A stretch of DNA of 64,000 bases from Lingula anatina. Lineage: Eukaryota > Animalia > Brachiopoda. The position numbers and the translations under genes are program-made. The stretch lies in the NCBI GenBank assembly GCA_051362555.1, contig CM120646.1, positions 6,324,001 to 6,388,000 of the forward strand, read 5' to 3'. Under the pieces are notes generated by a model. The model ran no database searches and was not told the DNA's origin. It saw only the letters and a program-made list of their open reading frames with translations. The first letter of the stretch is position 1. Every line of letters begins with the position of its first letter. Positions 38,023-49,778 of this stretch are shown one piece after another.

Positions 38023-39621
38023 ATGGCGAGCAAAGCTGTTTTGTCACTGGCTGTATTGTACGTTCTTTTGTTGCGTTCTTCAACCTCTGACGGTGCAAGA
38101 ATTTTGTCGCTGGTTTACCCTGGGAAAAGCCTGTTAGGCCTTACCGTGACAGTGCTGACAGAACTGAAAAGTCGAGGGCACGAAGTTTGGGCGGTGTATG
38201 CGGACACGTTCGAAATATCGGCCTCGGTGTTGCGAGAAAGTGGTATTAATCTGCTGACTTTTAGATCTAAGGAGAAAATGTTTCTGGACGATCCGGAGGT
38301 ACAGAGAGATATTTTAATGGCGGCAGTTGAAAACCCAGAACTACGCACAAGCCTGTTTCAATTAACGTCCACTATTCAAAAACTTTCTAAGATATTCGAA
38401 AGTTATTTGGAAGAGATGTTTGTGGACAAAGAACTACACAGGAAGGTCATCGAGTTGAAATTTGACCTTATGATTGTTTACGGTTATTGGTTTTTTGCAA
38501 AAGCCTACCTCTTCCCTCACCGGTATGCGGTCCCCTACGTGTCCATAGTCCTAGATATGCAGCAGCTTGCTGGTGTACCAATGCTTCCTTCATTTGTCCC
38601 TAGTCTAGCGATAACTGCCAAGTGCTCCGACAACATGAGTCTTTCTCAGCGAATGCTCAATATCGTTCCTTACGTTTTACTGAGGCATTCCTTACAACCT
38701 ATTACGCCGGAACTTTCCAAGAAGCATGCCCCGGGGCGCTCGTACATGTCTACGCCAGAGCTGATGGCAGAATCAGAGTTGTGGATAGTGGACGGAGGCC
38801 AGCCCGCCATTGACCACGTCAAACCGTCACTGCCCAACGTCAAGTACCTGGGAGGTCTTATGACGCGACCCGCAAAACCACTGCCGAAAGACTTGGAAAC
38901 TTTTCTTAAAAAGCATGGCCACGGCGTAGTTCTTGTGTCGTTCGGCTCACTGATCAAATACATGCCGGACAGAGTAGTTCAGGAACTTTTCGAAGCCTTC
39001 AAGAACGTGCCTTATGGTGTTATATGGAAGTATAATGGGCAGCCGCTAAATAATGTCCCGGATCATGTTAAGATTATGTCTTGGATGCCACAGAATGATA
39101 TTTTGGGGCATCCTAACACTAAGCTCTTTATAACACACGCTGGAAACAACGGGCAGATGGAGGCACTATACCACGGTGTGCCCATGATAAGCATACCTTT
39201 GTTCGGTGACCAAGATTACAACGCGGCAAGGGCGGAACAAAAAGGCATTGCAATAACAATGGACGCGGCATTCTTAAAATCCGAGAATCTTATTTCTGCC
39301 ATTAATATGATGATGCAAAACGAGACCTATGCCAAGAACATGCGTAGAGCGTCCGCCATTTTTCGCGATCAACCCGGCACCCCCGTGGAACTGGCAGGTT
39401 TCTGGATTGACCACGTGATCAAACATGGCGGTTCCTATATGAAGTCCCATGCAAGACTGCTTCCCTGGTACCAGTTCTATATGCTTGACGTTATGTTGGT
39501 GTTTTTAGCAATTATTTTATTGATTTGTTTGTTCTTTGGAGTTTGTTGTTCCTTTGTGTGCAAAAAATTGCGTAGTCAGTCAACTTCCGCTGGGAAACAA
39601 AAGACCCAAAAGACCGAATAA
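38023..39621 (+). CDS. UDP-glycosyltransferase copy 4, 532 aa
   Basis: Intact ORF with the UGT signature, TM helix and lysine-rich tail. Confidence 0.95.
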   Translation: MASKAVLSLAVLYVLLLRSSTSDGARILSLVYPGKSLLGLTVTVLTELKSRGHEVWAVYADTFEISASVLRESGINLLTFRSKEKMFLDDPEVQRDILMAAVENPELRTSLFQLTSTIQKLSKIFESYLEEMFVDKELHRKVIELKFDLMIVYGYWFFAKAYLFPHRYAVPYVSIVLDMQQLAGVPMLPSFVPSLAITAKCSDNMSLSQRMLNIVPYVLLRHSLQPITPELSKKHAPGRSYMSTPELMAESELWIVDGGQPAIDHVKPSLPNVKYLGGLMTRPAKPLPKDLETFLKKHGHGVVLVSFGSLIKYMPDRVVQELFEAFKNVPYGVIWKYNGQPLNNVPDHVKIMSWMPQNDILGHPNTKLFITHAGNNGQMEALYHGVPMISIPLFGDQDYNAARAEQKGIAITMDAAFLKSENLISAINMMMQNETYAKNMRRASAIFRDQPGTPVELAGFWIDHVIKHGGSYMKSHARLLPWYQFYMLDVMLVFLAIILLICLFFGVCCSFVCKKLRSQSTSAGKQKTQKTE

Positions 39622-42450
39622 AGCATAATTTTTACTTTGTAACGAAATATAGTAGGCCTACCGCTGCATATATTTCAGAATTGCTTTCATTGTGTCTAAA
39701 CAGATAGACTATGTTTTATTTAAACTTCTGAGATAGATTCCCAATCTTTTTCGCCGTTTCTATCTACACTGTAACTTCACTTCAGTAAATTCCATCGTAT
39801 TTCATGGACGACTCCCAAATAAGTTACCTAATTTGTTGTTAATTCATATATCAAGGAAGCTCAATAAAACGGATGTGGCAAACCAGTTTGGTATTATGTT
39901 TCAGTTTTCATAATGCGGAAGCTGAATACATGTGCATCTGTTATTGTCAAAGATACGAAAACGACAAACAGCATCCTCTTTCGTGGATGAGGATAGAATG
40001 CTAGTATCGACCCTGTATAAATCAATTTCTTAAAATTAGTGATAACGCTTGGTGCCTACCAATGGTGTCCATGTCGCATTTTTCCCTTGTGACGTCACAA
40101 TTTACTTTTGACGTCTCCCTCGCCACAATCGTTGGTGTGGCAACCGCCGCAAATGAATGTGATTAGTGATGACAAGAGGCTGTTGGTATTATTTTATAAT
40201 TTGTTTTGCTTGTTGTGGATTACTTTACGTCGCTCTGAAGCAACGATATAACAGATTCAAGGTAGAAAGTAAATATTGGCCTCCCACGGTATGGAAAAAC
40301 ATGTTTACAAAATCTAAAGGCAAGTTTGCATAATAAATATCAATTTTAAATGAAAATTAAGTCTTAAAAGTTATTGACCATCAGGAACAAGCTTGTAGGA
40401 GAAGTTAGATACTGCCACAAATAGTATTTTTGTTCAATTTTGGACATTTAAAGAATACATCTTCTTCAAACATAAAAGATTCATGCCAGTACGGGGCCTA
40501 CACATGGACCATCGCTGTTAACGCAAATCCGTACAAGCATGTAATGTATAAATATAGACTACATCAAAACTCTCATTTTATAGGCACGTAATATATATGC
40601 AGAATTGAGCATCAGTATAAGTAATAATTTTGAATAATACTGAAATTTATATATTTTTCAGAGCCACAAAACTCGCAAACGACGCAATCTGCACGAGCAA
40701 TTTAATACGAGTCCATCGTCTGGTAACTAGCCAAAATTTGATTGACTTTTTGCGATAAAACTTTTAATACTCTCTCTCTCTTTTTGTTTCTCCAAAAACC
40801 AAAATTCAGAATTTGAGGCGAATGCAGATGATTATAATAATCCAAAATTTGTTTTACTTTTCAGTGATCAGGACGGGAGAAAAAAACATTGTTTGCAGAC
40901 AAATGGTCGAAATTTCGGTATTATGAAACAGAATCGGACCGTACCTACCTTAATATTGACGAGATTAACTTTGTGACTGTGACTTTGATGAGCCACGTGC
41001 AATATTTTGCGGTCTATTAATGGCTTAGATAGAAATATTTGGTTCGCTTGACTGAATCAATCAAGAACTCACTTCGTCGCTACTCGTTGCAAGCCCGCAG
41101 TAGAAGTTCACTGACTGTTTTTTTTATTCCATTCAGTTTATTCTTTATGATACCATAAAACCAGGCAAAAATTATGTAAATCAAACAATGAACGTTTCCC
41201 TGAAATAGGAAATGAAAAGTAGGGACAAGAGCAACTGTCACAATAGTTCTGAATTGTTGTTACCCTGTATATACAAGTACCAGAAAAATTCTTACCACAG
41301 TTTTTCAACGTTTCCTTTTTCACGGCTGTTTCCAGTATTAGTGAAGAGACAACAAAATTGTATATGATAATCAAGATTCTACGATATATTCATTGTAAGC
41401 AACATATAAATATGATACATACCATTTTATCACCAAAACGGCGGCTATCGCAATAAGTCTGAAAACTGTGCTTGTCATCGGACCACTTGAACCTTCATAG
41501 ATGGTTACATGTACGCTTCGTAATATTTTCTGAAGAGTTTTTTTGCACGCTTTGAAAAAAAAAAAACAACAAAAAACCATCGACCTACTATACACGTGGG
41601 AATTAACGGATTGATAACCACTGGAAAGTATGGGAAGATCGCCGTTTATCTCAACAAAAATCCGTTTCCCGCCAAAATGAAAAGCTGTTATCCCATTTAA
41701 GCCACATTGTTCAACCAAACCAAATAATACGACAAGAACTGACTATTGCATAGCGTTGTAAAGTGAAATGAATCACTCATCACTGTACATTAACCGGTCA
41801 ATTTTAGGAGTTATACAAGAATTTTAAAAGAGCATGATAAAACAACTTACAACTAATAGTACGACATCACTTTAAAATAATGCAAAAATAAGATTGTACC
41901 CAAAAGGGTTTGCCTAAAGGGCCAATGACCCATGAATGGACACCCCCAAAGATATACAAATAATAAAAACTCTACTTTAGTACTAAAAAGAACAATGTTT
42001 ACATCTAAAAACGACAATGTGTACATCTGCAGCGACCCACCCAAGTGCAAACGTTCTCGGGGTCAAAACGCTCCACCAGAAGAGTACCATAGTGCTCTCT
42101 GACGGATCGTCTAAACATTGATCTGACAGCCCCTGAACGTGTGCAAATTGGAAGGGCGTTCCAGATGGGAACAACGCGATTGAAAAAGACCGGCAAAACG
42201 TTTCGGTTCTACAGAAGTTGGTACTGTGGATGATAAAATGATCTCCCCTTGTGTTTCTGTGTAGAAAAGCTCCCTGTTGTTGTCGTGGTTGTTGTTGGCC
42301 TACGCTTTGTCACAACATTCGTTTTCCTGAATCTTTGTGCAATGCTTTTGTCACCCCATTTGATAAATAACTTATACAATATTATAAGCTAACAATGGAT
42401 CAGTTCAGCGATACTTATCATCATTCAGTGTGTTAGCTGTGCACCACAGA
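39622..42450 (+). repeat. Paralog of the spacer that follows UGT copy 2, with no downstream UGT
   Basis: Blocks ~40660-41180, ~41478-41818 and ~42255-42445 match ~32895-33400, ~33403-33690 and ~33940-34135. Confidence 0.8.
41830..42245 (-). mobile_element. 5'-truncated CR1/L2-type LINE 3' end
   Basis: The minus-strand translation CRTETF (frameshift) FFNRVVPIWNALP...FRRSVREHY resembles the C-terminus of CR1/L2 ORF2. It is absent from the paralogous spacer. Boundaries are approximate. Confidence 0.65.
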
Positions 42451-43477
42451 GATCAACTAACACAGTGTGATTTAGCGAGGCCTTGCAGCTGGTAGAGAAT
42501 AACTTGCCCGGTAACTACCTGGGTCACATTAAATGGAGTAAATCATCGAAATGTGCCTTGTGTAGGATTTTTGAAAGAGCCTCTTAAAAGATGCCAAAAT
42601 ACATTTATAATATTTAAACCGGATCTGACAATACTGCAGACCGCGGCTTCTAATTGTGCCAACGGTTGTGTAGGCCTATGTCATCTTGTAGTTATCATTT
42701 GCCGGAGTCAGTTTATTTGTATTGAGTTGAAATGCTACGAGACAGCCAGCGAGAAAGATGGAACGAAACGAGACGCATGTAACGGCACCGGTGTAACGAA
42801 AATGAGGGTCCTTGTACCAAAAGGCCTGCCCTCCCTTTAGTTATAATGATTACGGTTTGGCCCACGTACGTGCCCTGACCTAAGTGGGGGTAAAAATCTA
42901 GGGCGACGTATATCTGTGCAAATGAATGTGAAGTGAACTCTCTATCATGTGGGCTCTCTGTCACGTTACACTGGTCACCAGAATACTAGTAAAAACTGCA
43001 GGTACCTTATACGGGCAGCTGGGGTAGGTACATGTAGATGATATGATACTTCACGATTTGTGTGCCTCATTGTGTATTACTTTACGGTTTTTTTTTTATA
43101 GAAAACTACAACAGATGGGCTTCAGCAAATGGGGAAATGTAAGCATAAGTTGCCAATTATACCATAACTTTGAAAGGTACCCCCCCCCCCCCCATTAACT
43201 CCCACAACTCCAGTACTAGTGCCCCGGCCGGCCCTCCCATATTCTGCTCGACCTTGAAATATTATTTTGACGAATCGGGACGGAAATTCTGGTGCGTTTA
43301 AGGCCGAAATAAAGATGTAATCGGTTTAGAGAAATAATATAATATAATTTGAGTATCCTCCTAATATGCATTTAAGTTGCAAAGTGTTAGTTATACACGT
43401 ACCGGTGCATCGTATCAGTCAAGTCATTGTTTACCTTTGGTGAGACTTGACCTATTTCTTTAAATGACTAGTTGAAA

Positions 43478-43871
43478 TGACGTCATCGAAGGATTCCCCC
43501 GCCGTTTTATAAATTCTGTCTAAATTTCAACTTTGAATTTTATTGTCGCACATTATCATGTCTCTTATAATTCTCAGTCACAACTATCCTGGAGAAAATA
43601 CCTGGATTTAGCTCAGATTATGATTTATAGCCCATTTTATGCAGAACCACCTGACCGGATGTTGCAATGTCCAGCCAACCAAATCACTCCTTACAAACAG
43701 TGTATGGAGTTTTTCTAGGAACTGAAAGTATTCTTCGAAAACCCGATATTCCATGTGCGCGCTTTCCTGTCAATAAAACGCCACTACGATACAAGTTACA
43801 CCTTAGAAAAGATTCAAAAGAGAGGTAGAACATCGGGCAGCAATACCAGGAAATCGTCAGGAGAGGTGAGT
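43478..43871 (+). promoter_or_regulatory. Candidate STAT promoter and non-coding exon 1
   Basis: CpG-richer patch with CRE TGACGTCA (43478), kB-like AGGATTCCCC (43490), GAS TTCTAGGAA (43713), a second TTCN3GAA (43731), and a strong donor GAG|GTGAGT (intron start at 43866). Confidence 0.5.
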
Positions 43872-44966
43872 CCCTTACTACAACTAGCACTTCGGCCACG
43901 GTACATCTTTGCAAACATCTAATTTACATCACTTACTAGACTAGTCATTTCATCTACGGTAGGTCAGAGAGTAAAAAATGCAACACCTACAATATATTAT
44001 TCTAATTATCTGTTCAGAAATTACGTTTAGGAAGCTGGAAAAAGCGGGGGTGGGGAACGACGGTGGCACAATTTGAAGACCATTAGCCGGAGATGTTTTC
44101 TGGGGGTGTTTTCTGTAAAAACACAATACACGAGTAATTTAAATCGGGCAAATTATCCTCTGCCAGTAATTCACAAAAATATGACAGTTACATTTTTTGA
44201 TGATATGTGAGCTTCTGACAATTTGACTTCAAGTTAATTGTAGATATGTACGAGTATTCCCTGCATGTCTTCTTCAGTTCAACTTCTTTTAGATTTGTGA
44301 AAAATGGATTCAATTCAGGTAAAGGCATACTGAAATTTACAATGTAGTAAATGGAAAATGTAGGCAAAATTTTTGACCCTTTACGCGAAAGAAATTTTAA
44401 AAACAAAGGTGACCACATATGGGGTTATGGAACCCTATAAGTAAAAATTCTTTGCCAAATTTGAATGGTCACTGAAATTTGATAATTAAATGAAAAAAAA
44501 AAAAAGCCCAACCCCAGTTATTGAACACCGCCACATTCTCCATTTCCTCCAGAATTCTGAATGGTTTCATCGCTGACAGTGGTGTTAAATTTGACATAAA
44601 AATAAATGTCTTAATAGAATAATACTGAAACATGATTCTGCTATGATTGAGATTATTATCACCTAATGCATCAATTGTTCAGGCCTACTCAATTCTCATG
44701 TTTCCAAATCCATATTCTTTAAAGTGCGTCTCTGTGGTCATTTGGCCAAAGGTGATTTTGGTTAAATATGCTGCATTTTTGGTCAACTTATGATGGTTCT
44801 ACTTAGTATGTATTTATAATAATAGCTATAACTATGTAACTTGTCTTTCACAAATACAAGAAAAGTAACATTATAGCCGTATAAATTTTCTTATATTTGT
44901 GTAAGGTAATTCTCTGGTGAATCTGTGCTGTAATACTGATTATTTCCAATCAACAACTCCAGTTAA

Positions 44967-45303
44967 AGGCATAATAACTCTTTGTATGAGACCTATATTT
45001 CACAATAAAAACCTTGTGAATAACTCATAGAAATATAATATATTCTGTTTTACCACAAAAACAGCAGTTATAGCTTTTATTCTGATATTTGAACTTGTCT
45101 TTAGACCACGTGACCTCCATTGATGTCTATACTCTGTTAAAATCTCTTAAGAGATTTTAACAAAAAACCAAACTTTTTAGAAAAAAACCAGGGACTAACT
45201 TTGAATGTAAAAATGGATTCATTAACCATTGGTAAGTATGGGAAAATTGTTGTTTACTCCAGGAAAATTCATTTTTTGGCCGAAACGAAGAGTTATTATT
45301 GCT
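44967..45303. mobile_element. Kolobok-like element, inverted copy of 22760-23079
   Basis: TTAA TSDs, TIR AGGCATAATAACTCTT...AAGAGTTATTATTGCT, and internal identity to the 22760 copy. Confidence 0.8.
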
Positions 45304-46045
45304 TTAAACGTAAGTCTTTTGTAGAAAGTACTGGTCTCAAACAAGAGCTTGGTCTTTGTCATAATAATAATAATGGTCACAATGTTTCATTTAATTGAAC
45401 TGCAAATGATCATTTGAGCCAAAGTAGAGTGAAATGTAGATCTCAGAGAAAAAGACCCGTTTTCAGGGTGCTCTACTTTTATAGTCTGAACTAAATTGAG
45501 CTGTCTTAACTTAGCTAGAAATGCGGCTCACAGTTTTATCAGGTGTAATAGGACTGTAGAAAAGGTGTGCCGTGAAGATTTTTGACATTTAATATCTTTT
45601 TCCTGTGTATAGATAACTTCCTTAAGAAGTTTTGTATTTAGGGGTTGTTATTTCTTAATGACACTTGTCTATCACATGTTTGGAGGAGATGACAAGATTA
45701 AAGTACTTAACTACTCTCAGGAAGATGTTGAGTTTAAATACTGCTATTTTTTTTTCAAAGGATATATAAACTTATAGCTCTTTAAAGGGAAATGGAGGAA
45801 GTATTGGCTTTAAAAGCACACAATGCACATGAGGCCTTTTCATGGTGAAAAAAAAAATTATATTTTAACAAAAATTAAGATGTTGATAATGATCATTTTC
45901 CTGAAATTTTCAACAACTTCAGTTCATCTCCAAAATCATTGAAATTGTTGAGAAATGTACAATCTATAAATGAGTTTTATGAATCTAATTTTACAAGTTA
46001 CAAGTGAAATTCACTAAGCTTTCTCCATGAGTAAGTGGTACTAAA

Positions 46046-46210
46046 CAGGGGCGGATTTAGGCCGTCTTCTGGGTCCGGAAGACGGTCAGATTTTCAAGTT
46101 TACATTGAAGAGTATCTAATTTTTTGTGTCGGAAGACGGTCAAAAATGGAGGATGGATCAACAAAGATAATTTGGAAGACTGTCAGAAAATATTTCTGAA
46201 TCCGCCCCTG
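46046..46210. mobile_element. hAT-like MITE (family B)
   Basis: TIR CAGGGGCGGATTT...AATCCGCCCCTG with flanks CTAAA/CTAAG. Inverted copies are at 53124-53287 (TSD CCCAT) and 60162-60327 (AAGAA/AAGGA). Confidence 0.8.
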
Positions 46211-46644
46211 CTAAGTAAGTGGTTAACTCGATAATTAGAAACTTAATCTTACAACTGAAAAAAAAAATGAACATAATTACATTATCCATTTGTGATAAGG
46301 CACAACTTGATGATTAAGGAAAAAAAATTAAATTTCCAGGAAAATTACTCAGTTTGCTATATATTAAGCTTTGCGGTTAGCATTTTTGTTCATACAAACT
46401 CAACGACATCTGTAGGGATGAAAAACAATGTAATCAAAGCTGGGAATCATTACTTTATTTTGCTGAGATAACTCTGTGCCATGAGTTGGGCATCCCAGTG
46501 ACTGACTCCCAGTGTCTATTGGCTGGCACAGATGACCTTAAGGTCACGGCCTCTCTTTAGAACTCATTCAGAACAGATGATTGGCTGACTAAATATGGCC
46601 GACAGAATTTAAAAACAGCATCACTTGATCCTCTGATCTTCTTA

Positions 46645-46866
46645 GAGACCATTCCCACAGATATTTAGATCGATCCCCCTGGGGAGTCTCACTAGATTGC
46701 TATCAGCTTAATCGGCGTAAATGTCTGTCCAGCCTACTAAAAGCTGTAAGGGGGTAATTAACTTTGGTGCCCACTCAGCTCCTGGAAGCTGACAGCAATT
46801 TAGCGTGAACCCCCAGGGAGTTAGGTTGATCCAGATAGATCGATCTAAATCTGTGGGAACCCAGTC
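46645..46866. mobile_element. PIF/Harbinger-like MITE (family C) nested in a family D element
   Basis: TTA TSD and an internal ggggagtctcactagatt...tttagcgtgaacccccagggagttagg sequence shared with 49779-49993 and 61641-61855. Confidence 0.75.
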
Positions 46867-48686
46867 TTAGTCTGTGAATCTGTTAGTCCGTGGATTAACT
46901 CGTTCTGAATCCGCTCTTTGGAAGTGCTCGAAGTCCATTTTTAAACCGTGTTGCATGTACCCACTATAAGCTTCATGTTTCCACTGTTTGACACACATAC
47001 ACACAGCTTGCCTTATTGGGAATGGTATGAAAAAATGTAGAATTATCCCCAAGAGGAATAAGCTCGCTATAGATTTGTTTGCAGAAGTGTAAAAAATGTG
47101 AAAGTAATTGATGATACAGAATTTCTGAAGATCCATCTTCCCGCCTTGGAGATCTCCGAGGAATTTGAAACAGTAGTTCTTTTGACAAATTGGCCATTAG
47201 GTAGTGTTGATATTTTGAAAAAATTTGCTCACACAGTATATATAGATATCATGTTTAATCCAGTTATTAATTTAACCATTCGAGTATTTTGAGATGTGTT
47301 CTCACAAACAGAAATGAAACCATTTCTAAGTCAAGTCAAATGGCAGTGCAGTTATCAAAATGCTTGTCTCCCTTTTTGAAATGAAATTGGTTGAATAATG
47401 TGAAATTGAGTGGAATTAAGGTAATTTACCTGAATATTTGATGGTTTTTACACCAAAACCTTATTCTTATTCCAAAACAAAATCCTAAGATAAGCAAAGT
47501 TGAAATTTTCAAACCAGTTTTACAAGCGTGCTAAAGTAAGAACTGGCTGTCTTTTGTATTTCATCCCTTTACTAGGCATTATCTTGGCTTTTGTCAACAT
47601 CTTTATTTTAATGGACAAAATATGATTTTATCAGTCTGAAACTTTCGATTTAATGTTCTTCAAGCCATATGTATATTATATAGTAAGGTTTTTACTTTAA
47701 ATCCTATTACATATCTACAAATACTATTAGAGGCTTAAAATACATACTGTTTATTGTTTGCATGAACTCACAGACCTTATCTAGCACCTGTTGCTATAAT
47801 TTTTCATTTTAACAGCTTTATACCCATTGACTCTTCAACTATTACCATGTGTTTGTCCAAAAAGTAGCAGCATACAAGGATATTTACCTCCACCAATGAA
47901 GAGGGTTAGGATTTCCTTGATGTTGTTTTGACTGTATGTGTGTTTGTTAGTGGGAATGGAGAGCGTAGATGACCTAATAATTGTCAAAATATAACCACCC
48001 CATGGATGATAGTTTTATTTTTAGGACCATAAATTGGCCTTACTCTGTTACTTAGTCTTAGTGATATTTTAAGACAAAAATACATTGAAAAGGTCATACA
48101 TATATTTTTTATTGATAGTAGTATAAAAGTTGAGTTTTGAAAAATATTTTATAGTGTTATGTGTTATGGAATTTGCAAGTTTGAAAGATGATATTTAATT
48201 AGGAAGAGAAAATTGAGTAACTAAGGAAGAAAACTCAAATGTAAATATAATGGGATACTTTAAACCACAACTCACTGATTAAACCAATGAAAAAATAAAT
48301 GAAAATATGGTGATATTTAATTGTGTTTAATGTCTTTATTGGTGAAATTTGCATTTAATCATGTGCCATAATCTTACATTCTACCTTATCATACAGCATG
48401 ATGGATCCCACGAGATTGCGCATGCGCACTGGAAGCATCATGTGTCTGCGAACTTGTGAAGCGTCAACACACTTCTTTCGTACCTCGGTGGTTATATTTA
48501 ATTTTCATAATACTATCGACAAATCAACAACAAGAACTTTATATTTTATTGCCAATTATCACCAAAGAGGCTAACACTATTTATAGGTATATACGTGTAA
48601 GAATGAGCTACTTGTACAGTAGTTCAAGGCAGGCAGGCAGGCAGACACACACACACATACACGCGCATGCGCGCATTCAGTCAGAG

Positions 48687-48875
48687 CACCTTCAGAACAA
48701 ATTGATCCGTGGGCTAACAGATCCACGAACTAAATATGGCCAACCCATTGAAAATATGTGCCGACTAATTTCTGGATGCCCCCCCCACCTTCAGAACAAA
48801 TTGATCCGTGGGCTAACAGATCCACGAACTAAATATGGCCAACCCATTGAAAATATGTGCCGACTAATTTCTGGA

Positions 48876-48919
<44 letters not shown>
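48687..48919. repeat. Exact 99-bp tandem duplication of a MITE arm followed by a ~40-nt poly-C
   Basis: 48687-48785 is identical to 48786-48884. Confidence 0.9.
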
Positions 48920-48920
<1 letters not shown>

Positions 48921-49778
48921 CCTCCACACATACGGTCGCTGCAAGGGCATTGCAATTAAACCTCGGAACAGAGATTAAATCCTTTTAACGGCACATGTAA
49001 AAGTGGGGAAACCATCAGGGGATTAATTAAACAGTGCTGCTTTTAAGTGGGGTCGGCCATATTTAGTAGACGGATCAGTTAGTAGGCTGATCATCCGTTC
49101 TGAATGCGCTTTCATGTTTCAAGTCGACAGCCAGTTTCCTGTTTCTCATTAAAAAACATTGTGAAATAGTGATTCTGGGAAATTTTATTGCGATGATGTT
49201 GCTACATCTGAAGAAATAACTCTGGCGTAAGCATGTGCCCAGACCTTGTCCTATTTTTGTGAAAGGCTAAATATAATTTCTCAGAATTGTTCTTTGCTTA
49301 AAAATAGCAGGATTTGAATTAAAAGCTAATAAGTAAGGGAATCAATATATATATATTATCTTGAGTAAATGTCATGATCTCAGGATGCAAACGTTTCATT
49401 AGACATTTCAGGTTAAGTGCTTTATTTTAGATTTGTTTCTCAGAGGTGTAATGGTAATGTATTTTTATTATGATACAATATTTAATAACTTAAGTTACTT
49501 GACTTACTCTCCATATTAAAATATGATAAAAGTTTACTTTGGCTATTATAGTGTACATACAATAAATGATGTAAAGACATTACAGTTGATAAGAATAATT
49601 ATATTTTTAGATTGCATACTAGTACTTCAGTCTGTGTGAAAAATCTTGTGGGCTCTAAGCCCTTTGGGCCATCAGAGGGTAAAAATGGGGTTAATTAAAA
49701 TTAAAGCTATTTTTTACTAACCCTTTGTCTCTTTAGGTGTGTAATTGCCTTCAGATAGAGCCAAATGACACAGACTAA

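Noticed and set aside
26840-38963. Recurrent short antisense and alternative-frame ORFs in each UGT
   Set aside because: They recur only because the UGT paralogs are nearly identical.
28816-40100. GTGACGTCAC (CRE) repeated downstream of each UGT
   Set aside because: The flanks are equally conserved because the duplications are recent, so there is no evidence of specific constraint.
48456-48959. 167-aa ORF with a repeat and poly-Pro
   Set aside because: It is an artefact of the 99-bp duplication and poly-C within a MITE.
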